The position numbers and the translations under genes were made by a program. From NCBI GenBank assembly GCA_051362555.1, contig CM120640.1, forward strand, positions 18,352,001 through 18,416,000: a stretch of DNA of 64,000 nucleotides, read 5' to 3'. A model generated the notes under the pieces. That model had not been told where the DNA came from. It ran no database searches and worked only from the letters and a program-made list of their open reading frames with translations. The stretch is from Lingula anatina. Its lineage: Eukaryota; Animalia; Brachiopoda. Each line of letters starts with the position of its first letter. Position 1 is the first letter of the stretch. Shown here piece by piece: positions 13,600 to 27,100 of this stretch.

Positions 13600-16200
13600 C
13601 TCAGACTGCATTTTAGTCCTGTATTTCTTTTTTGAAAGTTTGGCAATCATAAGTAACATGGTTTTCCCATAATGGTCATCATGGCAGCAGCACCCAAAAT
13701 TGTGTTTTCTTCTATTCTGATGCCATATTACATAATGGTTAACAGAATAATGACCGTCAATTTTTAATAATAAAATATACGTATCATGGATTTTCAGAAA
13801 ATGTGACTAGCATGGGTCTTCAAGCCCGTGGAACTTCAAAGTCACACCTTGAAAATGCCAATATGTGAAAAATTAAATTTTCACAAAATAACTGTTTAAC
13901 TGGCAGCAAGAATTACCAAACAGACTGTATTTCCTACTGAAGCTGTATTTTAGTCCCATGTTACTTTCCTGTAAGTTTGAGAACAGTAAATGACATGGTT
14001 TTTCTTAAATGGTCATCATGGGAGCAGTGCCCAAAATAGTTTTTTTTTTCAAATTTTGATGCAATATTACATAATGTTTAACAGCATAATGACCATCAAC
14101 TTTAATAATAAAATATTAATATTATGGATATTCAGAAAATGTGACTAGCAAAGGTCTTCAGGCCCATGGAACTTCAAAGTCACACCTTAAAAATGCCAAA
14201 ATGTAAACAAGACTGCACTGTTCTGAAATGGGTTTATTTCCATTTTTAACAATTTTTAACATAAAACAAAATTAACAGTTTTCTGCCGTTTTTATATGAT
14301 AAACTAAGAAAATTGATGAGATGGGAAAAATATCAACAGAGCAGTGTTAAATGTCCAATCTCTTCCATTCTGAGATTCTGAACATAGTGAATGATTGAAT
14401 CTGACAAACTGCAATGATATGAGTTTATTTCCATTTTTGAAACTTTATTACACAATACACGATAACAAGTTTACCATCATTTTTACATAATCAACTAATA
14501 ATGTTGTAAAATTGCAGGAAATGCCAAACAAACACTTTTACGTATCTTATTAGTTCAATAATGAAACTGTTTACAAACCTAAGAATTAAATCTGAGGAAA
14601 TGTGAGAAAACTGCATTTCTTTAAAATAATGGCCCGATTATGCTGATTTTTGAACTCAACCTGCGTTTTAGCAGGAATGACCACTCCTGTGAGTTTAATG
14701 ACAATTGGCCTATCTGTTTTTTCTTATATTGTGTTTACAGTGTTGCATATATGCTGAAAAGTGAAAAAAAAAGCATAACTACTAAAATAGTGGCCCGATC
14801 ATGCCGATTTTCGAACTTGACCTGCATTTTATGAATATTCATCAGCTCTGTAAATATACAGCCAAAAAGTAAAACTGCCTTCCACTTATCGTGTTTACAA
14901 TGAAAGTGCATGGCGCCGGGGACAGCAACAGTGACGGCAACGACGGCGACGACAGACGCAGGTGATGGCAATATGTACAGACACATCTGTACATATAAAC
15001 TGTACTGTTTGAGAACAGTAAGTGACATGGTTTTTCTTAAATGGTCATCATGGGAGCAGTGCCCAAAATAGGTTTTTTTCAAATTTTGATGCAATATTAC
15101 ATAATGTTTAACAGCATAATGATCATCAATTTTTAATAATAAAATATTAGTATCATGGACAAATAGTAAACGTGACTAACAAAGGTTTTTAGGCCGATGG
15201 AACTTCAAAGTCACACCTTAAAAATGCCAAAATGTAAACAAGACTGCACTGTTCTGAAATGGGTTTATTTCCATTTTTAACACCTTTTTAACATAAAACA
15301 AAATTAATAGGTTACTGCCATTTTTATAAGATCAACTAAGAAAATTGATGAGATGGGAAAAATATCAATAGAACAGTGTTAAATGTCCAATTTCTTCCAT
15401 TCTGAGATTCTGAACATAGTGAATGATTGAATCCGACAAACTGCAATGATATGAGTTTATTTCCATTTTTGACACTTTATTACACAATACACGATAACAA
15501 GTTTACCATCATTTTTACATAATCAACTAACAATGTTGTAAAGATGCAGGAAATGTCAAACAAACACTTTTACGTATCTTATTACTTAAATAATAAGGCT
15601 ATTAACATGCCTAAGAATTAAATCTGAGGAAATGTGAAAAAACAGCATAACTTCTAAAATAATGCCCCGATTATGCTGATTTTCGAACTCAACCTGCGTT
15701 TTAGTAAGACTGACCATTCCTGTGAGTTTAATGACAATTGGGCTTACTGTTTTTCTTATATTGTGTTTACAGTGTTGCATATATGCTGAACAATGAAAAA
15801 AACGCATAACTACTAAAATAGTGGCCCGATCATGCTGATTTTCGAACTTGACCTGCGTTTTAGTAAGATTGATTACTCCTGTGAGTTTCATGACAACAGG
15901 CCTAACGGTTTTCCTTAAAATGTGTTTACAAGGTTGCATATATGCTGAAAAGTGAAAAAACAGCATAACTTCTACAATAATGGCCCGATCATGCTGATTT
16001 TCGAACTTGACCTGCGTTTTATGAATATTCATCAGCTCTGTAAATATAAAGCCAAAAAGTAAAACTGCCTTCCACTTATCGTGTTTACAAGGAAAGTGCA
16101 CGGCGACGGCATCGGCATCGGCATCGCCATCGGCGACGGCGACGACAGACGCAGGTGATGGCAATATGTACAGACACATCTGTGTCTGTACATAAAAAAA
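13600..16200 (+). repeat. Local tandem duplication block: ~250-bp unit (3 copies) plus two copies of a HINE-like element
   Basis: ~13610-13865, ~13975-14204 and ~15007-15235 are similar; 14205-14999 is similar to 15236-16200. Confidence 0.85.
15236..16200 (+). mobile_element. Non-autonomous Helentron/DINE-1-like element (HINE), second copy at 14205-14999
   Basis: Starts AAACAAG; ~160-bp internal tandem units (15642, 15802, 15961); (CGGCGA/CGGCAT)n microsatellite; perfect 14-bp hairpin TATGTACAGACACA-tc-TGTGTCTGTACATA (16165-16194) directly before an A-run. Confidence 0.6.
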
Positions 16201-16551
16201 ATAAAGCCGATACTTTGCTTTAATAATTAACTGAAGCTGAAAATCTAAAATGCTATTACACTGAATACATTTTAATAATTATATTGTGCATTGAGAAAGA
16301 TATCACATATTACCTTTTGTAGACCTTTTAGACGGCCTCACCCTTTGTGTTTCAAAGAACAAGGAAAAAATAAAATTAACAATGTGAGAATACTTAAGCA
16401 GTATTCTCTGACAGCAGAGTTTAGACCAACGGATCTAAGTATCTACTTTGTTTTCAAACAAGTATTGTACTTGGAAGCTTTCTCTTTTCACTTTCATTTA
16501 CATGGTGTTACCCTTGTTTCACTGTAAGACTTATCTAGTTGATAAAAATTA

Positions 16552-16893
16552 TCACTGGACAATGTAATCTTTATAGTTCTTCAGGGACTTCAGAGCTTTT
16601 TTCAGTGCTTTTATGAAGTCATATGGTTGAACTAGCAAGGATATATCCTTTCCAACAGCATTCAGGCGGTGTTCAATCTGAAATGTAAAATAAAATACTT
16701 TGAACTTCCTAATTAACTGCAATTTAAATAAAAAAGATGAATCAACTAATACACTAACAAGTCACAAGGTGTAAAAAATTGTGTAAAACAAATATACATG
16801 CAACATAAAAAAGATTAAGAACTAACCTTCGAGCAATTTTTTCACAAGCAGATAATATTATAAGGACATAAAAAAACACGGACTTCAATGGAA

Positions 16894-16952
<59 letters not shown>

Positions 16953-19937
16953 CATGCCTGTTGAGGAAAAGCAAATATCATCAAACTTACTTCATTGTCT
17001 TTGAAGAAAAGATTGAGAGGCCTATTGTTGATCTCTGTAAGACTCCAGTTGCATAAAGTGGTGCCATCTATACTTTTTGCCATTGCTGGAAGCCCATGCT
17101 GAGCTGCCAGACCATCTTGGTCAACGCGTACAATCTGGATAAAAAACATAACATGCAAACAGTTTTGCAGATTACAAAATTTTCCTTTGAAAATAAATTG
17201 AACCAATGGCATAGTTAACTGCAGCAATCACAAATGCTCAGTAAGTTATTTAGGTTTCCTTGTTCCTTAGAAGGACATGTAACATAGCTAAAGGACCAAT
17301 TATGGGGGTGGTAAACTTCAATCAAATGTCACTTCAGTTCAGATATGACAAGTGAGCATGTAAGGAAATTTGAAAATGAAGAAGCTGGCCGTGATCACCT
17401 TTGAATCTAATCAAAACTTTGAATCCAATTACCTCAGCTGTCCCTCCTTCTCTCTTGATCCCCAAACTTTCTCCTTCAGCTGATCTACGGATAGCAAACA
17501 CACGTCCATGGGGTAATCGTCTGATCAAAAAGTTCACTTTGTAATAATCATCACAATGTTTGATTGCCTTTTGTGCCGCTTGAGCAGAGTGAATTGCTTG
17601 GTCATTGATAGAGAGGATGTTATCTCCTATGTGGAAGGCATTGTGAAGAGAAGGTCGGTCCCTCATGTTCCAACCTGCCACCCTAAAATACCACATTTCA
17701 GTGTACCACTGGACTGGTTACTCTCTATTCTAAACATGTCATACTTAAATCATGGTGTTTATTCAACCTGGTGTTTATTTCCAGTTTCAGGATTCCTCAG
17801 AGTGATATAAATGAAAACTTTTTTTTACTGATCTGCTATGTTGAATGACCACCCTTAATCATGGCAAGCTTCATTCATTAAATCTTCTTGCATAGTGATA
17901 CAGTTAGAAGCCAATTTACAAAGATACTTATTGGCTGACAGAAAGCACTTACCAAACAGTCCCAAAGCAATCCACTAGTGCAATGCTGCCCAAGCAGTCA
18001 GATTTCCTTAGGGCGATGGAGACACCCTGCATGGCCATCTCATTCTTCAGTATTTGAACCTGGCTCTCCTTCAGGGAAATTCCTCTATGCAGTCTCCGTG
18101 GCGGAAGAGGGCCTGGCCCCTCTGGAGATGGAACAGATCGTCGTGATACCTGAGAGTGGGTGCGAGCAGGAAGAGGAGGGGGTGCATTTTCAGAAATAGA
18201 AGAGGCCAGAGGAGGCATTCTGCTGCTAGGGGAACCCAAGCTGTGAGGTGACAGGGGGGAGGTGGCTCCACCTGTTGGGGACTGGCCAGCAGTCCGCACA
18301 GGGATCATGCCTGGCATGTAAGCCGAACGAGGAGGGGTGTAAGGGGGTGGTGCCTCCTCTAGAGGGGGTGGTCCACCTGGTCCATAGTTTACTTCTGGAC
18401 CTTCAAGTTCTCTCAATTTACGAGCTAACCTCATATCAACTTCATCTGCAATGTTAGGAGAATTCTGCAAGTTGTTTCCTGCTGTTTGCTCAAAGCCACT
18501 TGTCTGTCTGTCTGGAGATGCCATACAGGTATAAGTATCAGGAGGACCAGGACAGGAAGCAGATCTCTGAAAGGAAGATGGAGGAACTGGGGGAGGGGGA
18601 TGGGACTGTGATGGAATTTTGGTCCGACGTCTTGGTATCGGAGGAATGACATCAGGTTGATCGGAAAATGCCGAGTCTGGTGCACTGACTGAAGTCTTCA
18701 TAGAATGAACTGGAAGTGGCACCTCCCATAGGGCCTCATATGTGTTGGCACCATTGCTTTCATGATTGCTGCGAGCTGGAGCTACAGCACCTGAAAAGCT
18801 ACTGACATTTGTGTCCCGAGATGACCCACTTGTGACTGAATTAGATCCATCTGTGACCTGGTCTGCAGAAACAGAGTTCTCCATGCTAGAGGCATGTCTT
18901 GGATGTGGTATTGCCTTTGAAATTTTTGCTGCAGAGACCTGGTTTACAGCTGGAGTCTCAGCTTCTGGGGTACATGATTGATCTGTACTAGGATGCTGTT
19001 GGGTCTGTAACTCATCACCATAATTTTGTGCCATCAAATGATTGGTTTCCTCTTCAAGTAACAAATTGTCTTCATAATCAGAATCTGCATCTTCTTCTTC
19101 TTCTTCAAGTGAAGCAAAAACAGTACTTGTTCCATGGGAATTATGATCAGCAACGGAATTCCTCCCCTGTTTCTGCATCTCATGTTCTCTAATAATGCTG
19201 TCAATCACATCTTCCACATCTCCAGTTCTGCCATTTCTACTTTCTCCTAGCTGTGGTGTTAACTGGGACTGGTTGTCATCTGTACGCAAGGGAGATTGAC
19301 CTCTGGGATTGAAGTCAGCGTCCAGGGGTGATGGACTTCTGGGTGGAACTTCAGCTTCCTGAGGCAGAGGGGGTGGGGGTCGCCTTGGAGCAACATTATT
19401 AGCAGCAGCTGAAGCTGGTGGCTCAGTGGACTGAGAATTTTCTGGTTGGGGTCTGGGAAGGTTTCTGGGAATCGCCATGTAGTCATTTTCTTTGCGCTGC
19501 ATAAAAAAGAAAACATGATTGAAATCACCATGAAGCTTTTTACACTTGGAACCCTTTGAATCTTTAACCCATTATAAAAAATAGCAAAAATAAAAAAAAA
19601 TTGATGAAAACAATAATTCTTTGTATGAAATATTACATCTTGTTAAAAACTTAGTGTGATCAGTTCCTATCTTACCCCAATCAAGTGTAGTTCACGTAGC
19701 TTCAAGTTCAGGGCATCACACCATGCAAACATCTCATTTCTAAAATTAGAGCAAGCAACAGGTTATAAATCTGAAACAAATGTCAATGCATGTTTATCAA
19801 TACATAGCCCAAGTTTATACTTGTGGAAAATTCATATGATCTAGCTATCATGAATCTTAAAACCTGGACTTGTGGAAGTAAAATATTCAAACAAAGACAA
19901 ATTCCATTTAATTAACAGCCAAATCAATGTCACTTAG

Positions 19938-20003
<66 letters not shown>

Positions 20004-20052
20004 CTAAGTGACATTGATTTTTTTGGCCCATAAAAATTCATGCAGTACTAAG

Positions 20053-20124
<72 letters not shown>

Positions 20125-23100
20125 CTTAGTACTGCATGAATTTTTATGGGTGATAATCAGGGTGATAATCTGACATTTGCCTAATTGGCTGGCACTGAAA
20201 TCTATTTTTCCTGGTCCTAATTATACATAATCACTGCTTGAGTGGAGTATTTGGCTATAATGAAGTATTTCAGAATAACATGTTTTATGTACAGTTTATT
20301 GAGTAAATAGTCCCATCTCTTCCATGCCATGTGTTGGAGGGCAAGAAACTGTCACCATTGTTTCAAAGGCCACAAAAGCCAACCTATGGCATAGAGAACC
20401 AGTGGGAGGAAAACAGGGAATGTAGCACAAAAACAAACTGCCACCACATCCTCTTAAAAATGAACTCCGCACACATGCTTCAATTTAACAGCTTCCTTTT
20501 TTGTCTGTGGAATAATAGTTGGTTAGGAATTCATTTAAATCACCTTGTGTATCATATTGTTGTCAGGCCAGTTAAAAAATCATGTGGCCCACTTAGTTCA
20601 CTCACTAGGTCAGAAACGAAATATGATACAGCACAATCACAATATTTCTTTTGCTGTCATCTATTTTTTTACTTAATAGAATCAGCTCCGTCCAAAATAA
20701 ATTCCAAGTACTGCTTTGGAAAAAGAAACTAACCACTTGAAAAAAAAAATCCAACGACAAAATTACTTACCTTGAATCAGCCACTAAGGTAACAACCCTG
20801 TCTTGCAGACCAATATGGAACTCAAAGTCATATTTCTGCCCCTGCATGGTATAGGTGATGTGTTTGATGTTCTGTAGGTTCACTACAGCACATGGGGTGC
20901 CTCTGAATATCTCTGACTGTGTGTCAAAGTACTCCAGGTAAGCATCTTCTCCATTGAGAACTCCGAAAACAACCCATTTCTTGTCCCAGCTCTGAAAACA
21001 AATACTACAATCTTCATTTTTATTTTTAAGTTAACAATCACATTATCAAGATATTATATTAAAAAGCATTACATAAAATAATATTGCACTACATTATAAT
21101 GCTATTAAATTTGTTATGATGTAGAAATTTTAAAATGAGATAGAGCTTTTAGAATTTTAGAATTTAGAATAAAAATGCATTATACATGTAAGAGACCATT
21201 CCTAGAGATATCATACTAACTTTGGATCGATCCATCTCCGAGGAGATTCTCACTAAATTGCTATCAATTTTATGTCTGTCACACCTATTAAAGCTGCTAG
21301 GGAGTAATTAACTACTGGAGGCCAAGCGTGCATGAAAATTTATTACCCCCTAGCTGATTCAAAAGGCATGACAGACATTTAAGCCGCTTAAGTTGATAGC
21401 AATTTAGCATGGATCCTCTGGAGTTAGACCTGTTGGATAGATCTAGGCATGTGAACCCAGTCTTAGACATTATGACTAGTATGTATATTAATAAAAAACT
21501 TTAACATTCACTTAAAAATACATTTCCATGCCGATCCCAACAATGTTAGGATGGCAATAGCTAAAAACTGAATAATGATGGCTCCCTCCCACACATTAAT
21601 TCGGTCACGACAACAGAGACCATCTCTGTTTTAAATAAAAAAAGAAAGAAAAAAAGATCTCAAGTGAAAGTCACAGTGCATTTCTCATGGGATGTATGTA
21701 ACCATTACCAAAAAGTCCATCTGCATGATTCAATTTACTAAAGAGCAATGCAACATGCATTCTAAAAGCTTTCAGGTTGAAGAAGTACCATTAAAATTAC
21801 ATGCTAATGTCGAGAAAAATGTTTTAACACGACATCTTAAAAAAATCCTCATGAATTATCTATTGATTTTATGTGCATGTTTGAAATGAAGGGCATCAAA
21901 TGCATTACAGCAAAATAATGAAAAACAAATTAAAAGAAAATGGGGAAGTACAATACAAATTAATAGCACCAAAAACAATTATTATTCATTTTTAAAGACA
22001 TAAGAAATATAAACATAAAAGCCGATGTTCATCTGGCATTTTAAAATACCTTTTTTATAAAATAATATCATTGATGGATAATGACAATGAATCCTTTAAA
22101 TGTCACTACTATAAACTAGAGGAATGTACTAGTAACTATCAAAAGTTCATTTGAATGAGAATTATTTGACAGACGAAAGTCTCAGAAAATCAAGGGAGAT
22201 TTTGTTGGATTTGGAGGAGAGTGTGGTCAAAATAATGGCAGACTAATGATTGCAGTGTGGCTATGAATAAAAACTGACAAAATTCAGCCACAGATAATTT
22301 CCAAGTGTGATCTCTTGAGTTCCGTCAAATTACATATGAGTGCAAATTTGGCATGTTTTGCATAGAACTTTTGAATATTTTTTTTTAAACAACATTCTCC
22401 CAGCACAGATAATGTTGCAGATTATCATATGTCTTTTGTCTTTAGTCTCACATGACATCATGTACTGCAAATATACTCCTTTAAGGCCCCTTTCAGAATA
22501 GGAAAGGTCACAATAGCTACTGTGCACTAACTTCACTGGGACTCCCCCCTAATGCAATCAGGTTAACATGCCTCCTCTTGTTTTTAGTGGACTCATTGCA
22601 TTCAGCGAGAGTTCCCATGGAGTAAGTGTGCATCAGCTATTGCAACCTAACTCATTCTCAATGGAGCTATAAGGCTTTATCTCAGATGATTTCCATTTCC
22701 AATATACTTTCTGCTGCATTACATGTGGCTATGTAACCAATGAATGCAAGGTGTCACAACTAACACAATCCTTATAATGAAATCAACTACAGCAACATTA
22801 GAGAGTTTCTGGTGCAGTTGGGATACGACGGCTAGATTGTTACGTATGTGCAAAGACCAAATGTATCCAGTAACGCGCTACTCTCTTCACGTTCCGGTTA
22901 AGTCCCGGAATGCTGGCGCTTCCCGCCATAGGTGGCGCTCATTCCAATATAATAACAATATACGGCCCCATAGCCATCTATTTCCAAGGGAGAGATTCTT
23001 TTTTATGAAAAAGGAGACAAATATTACTCAAAAGTGCAATTTTTCCCGACAAAAATGGCGGTTAGTAAGAACCCCACGATCAACCCCCGTCTACTTGCCT

Positions 23101-23487
23101 GATAAACCAAAACTAGCGACTCCTCTCTCTTAAAAAGTCGAAATTTGCATGAACGTACACTTGAACTATTGTAAATAAGTATATAAGACATATAAATTAG
23201 CAAACATAACCTTTAATAACTATTTTCAATAATCTTCCGCACTGGCTAGATAGGAGCGCTTGTATTCTGCAGACTAGATAGGACGACAGTATATGAACGC
23301 GGTAAACATCACAAATGCGCACAAACCGACGACGTATTAATCAAGCCAGCGTATCTTACCGGCAACGGAAACTCTCTATTACCTTGATGAGTGGCAGTTT
23401 ACTAGAAGTTGGTGCCTTCCTCAGGTAGCCCTGCTTGATGATCACCTTGTTCAGGCTGCGACGGTGAGACCCAGTGCTCTGTGCCAT
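16552..23487 (-). CDS. 817-aa adaptor: N-terminal PH domain, long Pro/Ser-rich disordered linker, C-terminal tandem PDZ-like domains
   Basis: Exons 23487-23383, 20991-20771, 19739-19676, 19496-17953, 17682-17433, 17134-16991, 16677-16552; all GT-AG, 2454 nt in frame. PH signature VIIKQGYLRK...SWDKKWVVF...LEYF...EMFAWCDAL; PDZ-like FHIGDNILSINDQ and SLGIKREGG..IVRVDQDGLAAQHGL...LTEINNRPL; ends ...KNYKDYIVQ*. Confidence 0.85.
16897..16946. repeat. (GT)n microsatellite (intronic)
   Basis: Visible. Confidence 0.9.
19921..20150. repeat. Two adjacent perfect palindromes, each centred on (TA)n
   Basis: AAATCAATGTCACTTAGTCTGA-(TA)n-TCAGACTAAGTGACATTGATTT followed by CCCATAAAAATTCATGCAGTACTAAGAAAT-(TA)n-ATTTCTTAGTACTGCATGAATTTTTATGGG. 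Confidence 0.95.
21225..21445. mobile_element. Old palindromic MITE family, copy 1 (relatives at ~32030-32160 and ~51230-51420)
   Basis: Shared motifs TAAAGCTG.TAGGG..TAATTAACTA / TTACCCCCTAGCTG and GCAATTTAGC..GGAGTTAG; internal imperfect inverted repeat. Confidence 0.6.
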
Positions 23488-24177
23488 CCCACGGCTGGGA
23501 GGGGTGCTTCATCTAACAGCCTGGAAAAAAATTTTAAAGTTTCATTTTTTTTTTTTACAAAGGTTTCTTTCACATAGGTTTCTTCGAAAAAAAAAAAAAA
23601 AAAAAAAAAACAATCTTGCTGCAAGTACATGGTGGTAGATGATTAATTGCCAGTCATAGAATGTTTACCTGCTCGAAGAGAGATATTTCACCCTTCACAG
23701 GCAATAGCTTTGATGTATGTGAATCCAAGGCAAGGAAGTGCCACAGTAATGCTACTTGGGTTTCAAGTTTTTAGTGTTAACTTTTGCATTTAGTCCTGTT
23801 GTAAAAGATATCGTATTTGTCATGAAAATGATAAATAAAACATTTCTGACAGAGAAAATTGATGGTGATATATGAGAGGTAAATTAGTTGGCCATACTAC
23901 AAGTAAATTAGGTATAGGGGATTGTTAAGGTCATGGACCACTGAGTCTAACTGGGACGTCACTGTACAGTTACTTGGTCAATACAGTGAGTACTGTTACT
24001 GAGGTGATGCCCACACAGACATATCATTCAATATAATCTGTGACCCTATTTTCAAAGTTATGCTTTTAAAAGCCACATCCATCTGAAATAGATTATTGGG
24101 TCAATAGATTTCCCTGGCACAACCTTCATCTTTGCAGTCCAAAACAATAATATATTGACAAATGTGCATTGATAAAG

Positions 24178-27100
24178 CAGTGTTCCCTAAAAACTTTGGA
24201 CACCTGTCTGACATTAATGTTTGACATAAAATATCCCTATGTCTGACATTTTTTGATCATGTCAGACATTTGAAAAATATATCATTTTTCATGGTTTAAT
24301 TATAAAGACAAGTCCGATAACAACAGCAGCACAAAAGAGTGGCTACATCAGGTACACTGTGAAATAGTGGCCTCATTTTTCAGCATGTCACAGTGTGTGA
24401 CATAAGCTTTTCAGCTCTCTGACCATTCGGATCACCAATGGGGAATACCCGCTTTAAGGGTATGCCGCTAGATGGCGTGGGGGTGAAAGCAGTCCTTCTA
24501 AAGTCTCGCACAATCTCGCTCAATGCTTTACACCAGAGTTTAACATGGAGCGTGTGCACGCGTCGCTGACAATGAACCAACTCAAACGCAATTTACTTGA
24601 ATGTGGTGCCATAACATCTGGATGAAAATGTGAATTGACTGAAAGGTATGTGTTTTCTTTTCATTTAGTGCTTGAAAAACACGAATGCTAACTATTTTCC
24701 TTGAAAAAATGAAAAATTAGTCGAGGTGTGTGTGTCAAATCTGACATGTTATGTACATGTAGACTACTGTAGGTACGAGTAGGCTTACGCTCATATTTTG
24801 TTTAAGTAGCACGAAAGACAAAGATTTTTTATACTTAATAAATGAACTCATTTATTTTCTTTATAAGGTTACCCAAAGAAGGCCCATATATTGGGGGCAA
24901 AGCCTGAAGCTGTCGATTTCAGGACTCCAGGACAGTCAACTTCAAGAGCAGGATAAAATGATTACTTCAGGAATCTTACCTATCACTTCACATCAGCGGT
25001 AAAGATTGATGTAGCCACCAGTTATGCCTACCCTAAAGCTGACTTACAGGCGGCTGTGATGGACAACAACTATTTCCAAGTGCCATGAAAGAATAAAGCA
25101 TGGATAGAGGGAATGATGTAAGTGAAAACAGAGGTCTTTGAGAATCGGGCCCAAATATCAAACTAGGTGATGTGTGACATCATAGAATTATAATATTGTA
25201 TCTAAACTATTTAATGCTGTAACCATCTACCATGCTTTAATGGGATATGAATATTTCAGGTTGAGGAACAAACAGCGAACACTGAGCATAGCAAGTTATA
25301 ACAAGGAAAGAGCGCAATCTGACACAAGGAGAGACAATGGCGGATCACTGCTTCCAGATTTGGAGAGATAATTGCAGCTACAGAGAAGAAGTATATAAAC
25401 AAAATGTATGAATCATTGTTGTGTCCAAAACCATTCCAGACACATGACAGTCGGACCCGGACCTGATTTCCCCTTTTGGAATGTGTATCTCGTGCACGAA
25501 TTTGGGCCTAAAGAAAACCCGCAAATACTATACTCAGTTAGAAGGCCAGATGTTCATTACAAATCGCCCATTCTGCTATTTTGTTGTGTTTACATTCAAA
25601 GATCTGTTTGTGGGGTTAATTCATTCTGACACTGGATATTTTTTTACATGTATTTTGCCCAGGATAACTTTTTTTAATGAAAAACACTATAGGAAGTATG
25701 TGTCAGCTAGTTTATAGAAAGTACCCCTGTATGAGATGGTTTTAGCTGAAATCACAATTTTGAAGTGCAATTTTAAAAAAATGTTTTAACTAAAATGAAA
25801 TAATTTGGTGGTGCTATATTCTTTACAAAAAGTACTTGCCTGTTGATGCTGTTTTTAATAATATTTAACTGTAATGAAAAAAACCTATTATGCTATTTTG
25901 TAAAATATTTTTAGTGGGATGAAATAATTTGATAGTTGTATTTACAGCAAATAATTTGTTTTTTTTTTTTTTGCTTTTTAAAGAATTTTCAAAGTGATGA
26001 CATAATGTGGTGGTTCTATTCAAGTAAAATAATTCATAAGTACTATTTTGTAAAAAGGAACAAAAAACTGTGTTCGTTTGTAAAATGTTTGCTTTATTTA
26101 ATTTTTATTTCTTAAACTGTTACAAAAAGTTTTCCGTACCTACAGTAATCCATTGGCTGAGAAATTGCAGCTATACATTCAGGAAAGTAAAAGCACAAAT
26201 AAATTATCTAAGTATTACATGGTTTCATGGTTTTTACTATGGACTGAATAATTATTTTGTTTAAATAAAATATTCGGTTTTGCTACTTTTTAATGAATTT
26301 TCAGAGCGATGAAATAATATGGTGTTTCTACTCAAGTAAAACAAGTAAAACTTGTAAAAAAAAAACAAAAACTGTTCATTTATAAAATGTTTTCTTTCTT
26401 TAAATTTTATTTCTTGAACTGTTACAAAAAGATTTCCAAACCTGCATTATTCCATTGGCTGAGAAATTGCATCTATACATGTACAAATAAATTATCTAAC
26501 TATACCTAGTTTTATGATTCTTACGATGTACTGAATTATTATTTTAAATAAAACTAATTATTTAATTAACATTACCGGTCATGCTCAATACATCAATAAA
26601 AAAGGATATTACTTAATAACACAACCTTATACGGGTAGTAGGCTACCGGCACTTATGTATATTTACTGACAACTCTTCTGAAGTTGCGGACATAAGAAAA
26701 CGCACTTTGATAAATCATACTTCCTAGGGGTACTTTCTTGCTATGGAGCTCTCTTTCCAAAACTTTATAAGTTTTGCCAAGATCAATTAACCTTTTTCCG
26801 TGTATTCTTTTTGAGGCAACTCGTCTATCTTTAGGGGCCTAATTACTGTGCCTGGGTCAAGTTGTAACTGTCCCTTTAACATGCAAGGTGTGTTGACATG
26901 GGCAACCCTTCACTTCAAACAAAGCCCTGAATCCTCAGGAAAATTATGCCCACCTTGCCGACTTTAACATTCAGGTACACAACAATACTGAGGCAAGTTT
27001 ATTAAGGCCAGTGCCACAGTCCAACACATGTTATTTCCAAAATGGCGACTGTGGAAGGACTGAATTCACACTAGCGACACCTGGTGCCAAGCGGGCTGGT

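Noticed and set aside
14735-16179. 119-aa and 197-aa minus-strand ORFs
   Set aside because: They are translations of the tandem units of the HINE-like repeat, with no splice or domain support
17978-19531. Antisense and alternative-frame ORFs over the large Pro-rich exon
   Set aside because: Shadow ORFs caused by GC-rich coding sequence
23359-23382. Alternative donor CG|GTAAGA in the first PH exon
   Set aside because: It adds 23 nt and breaks the frame to the next exon; the donor at 23382 keeps the PH domain intact
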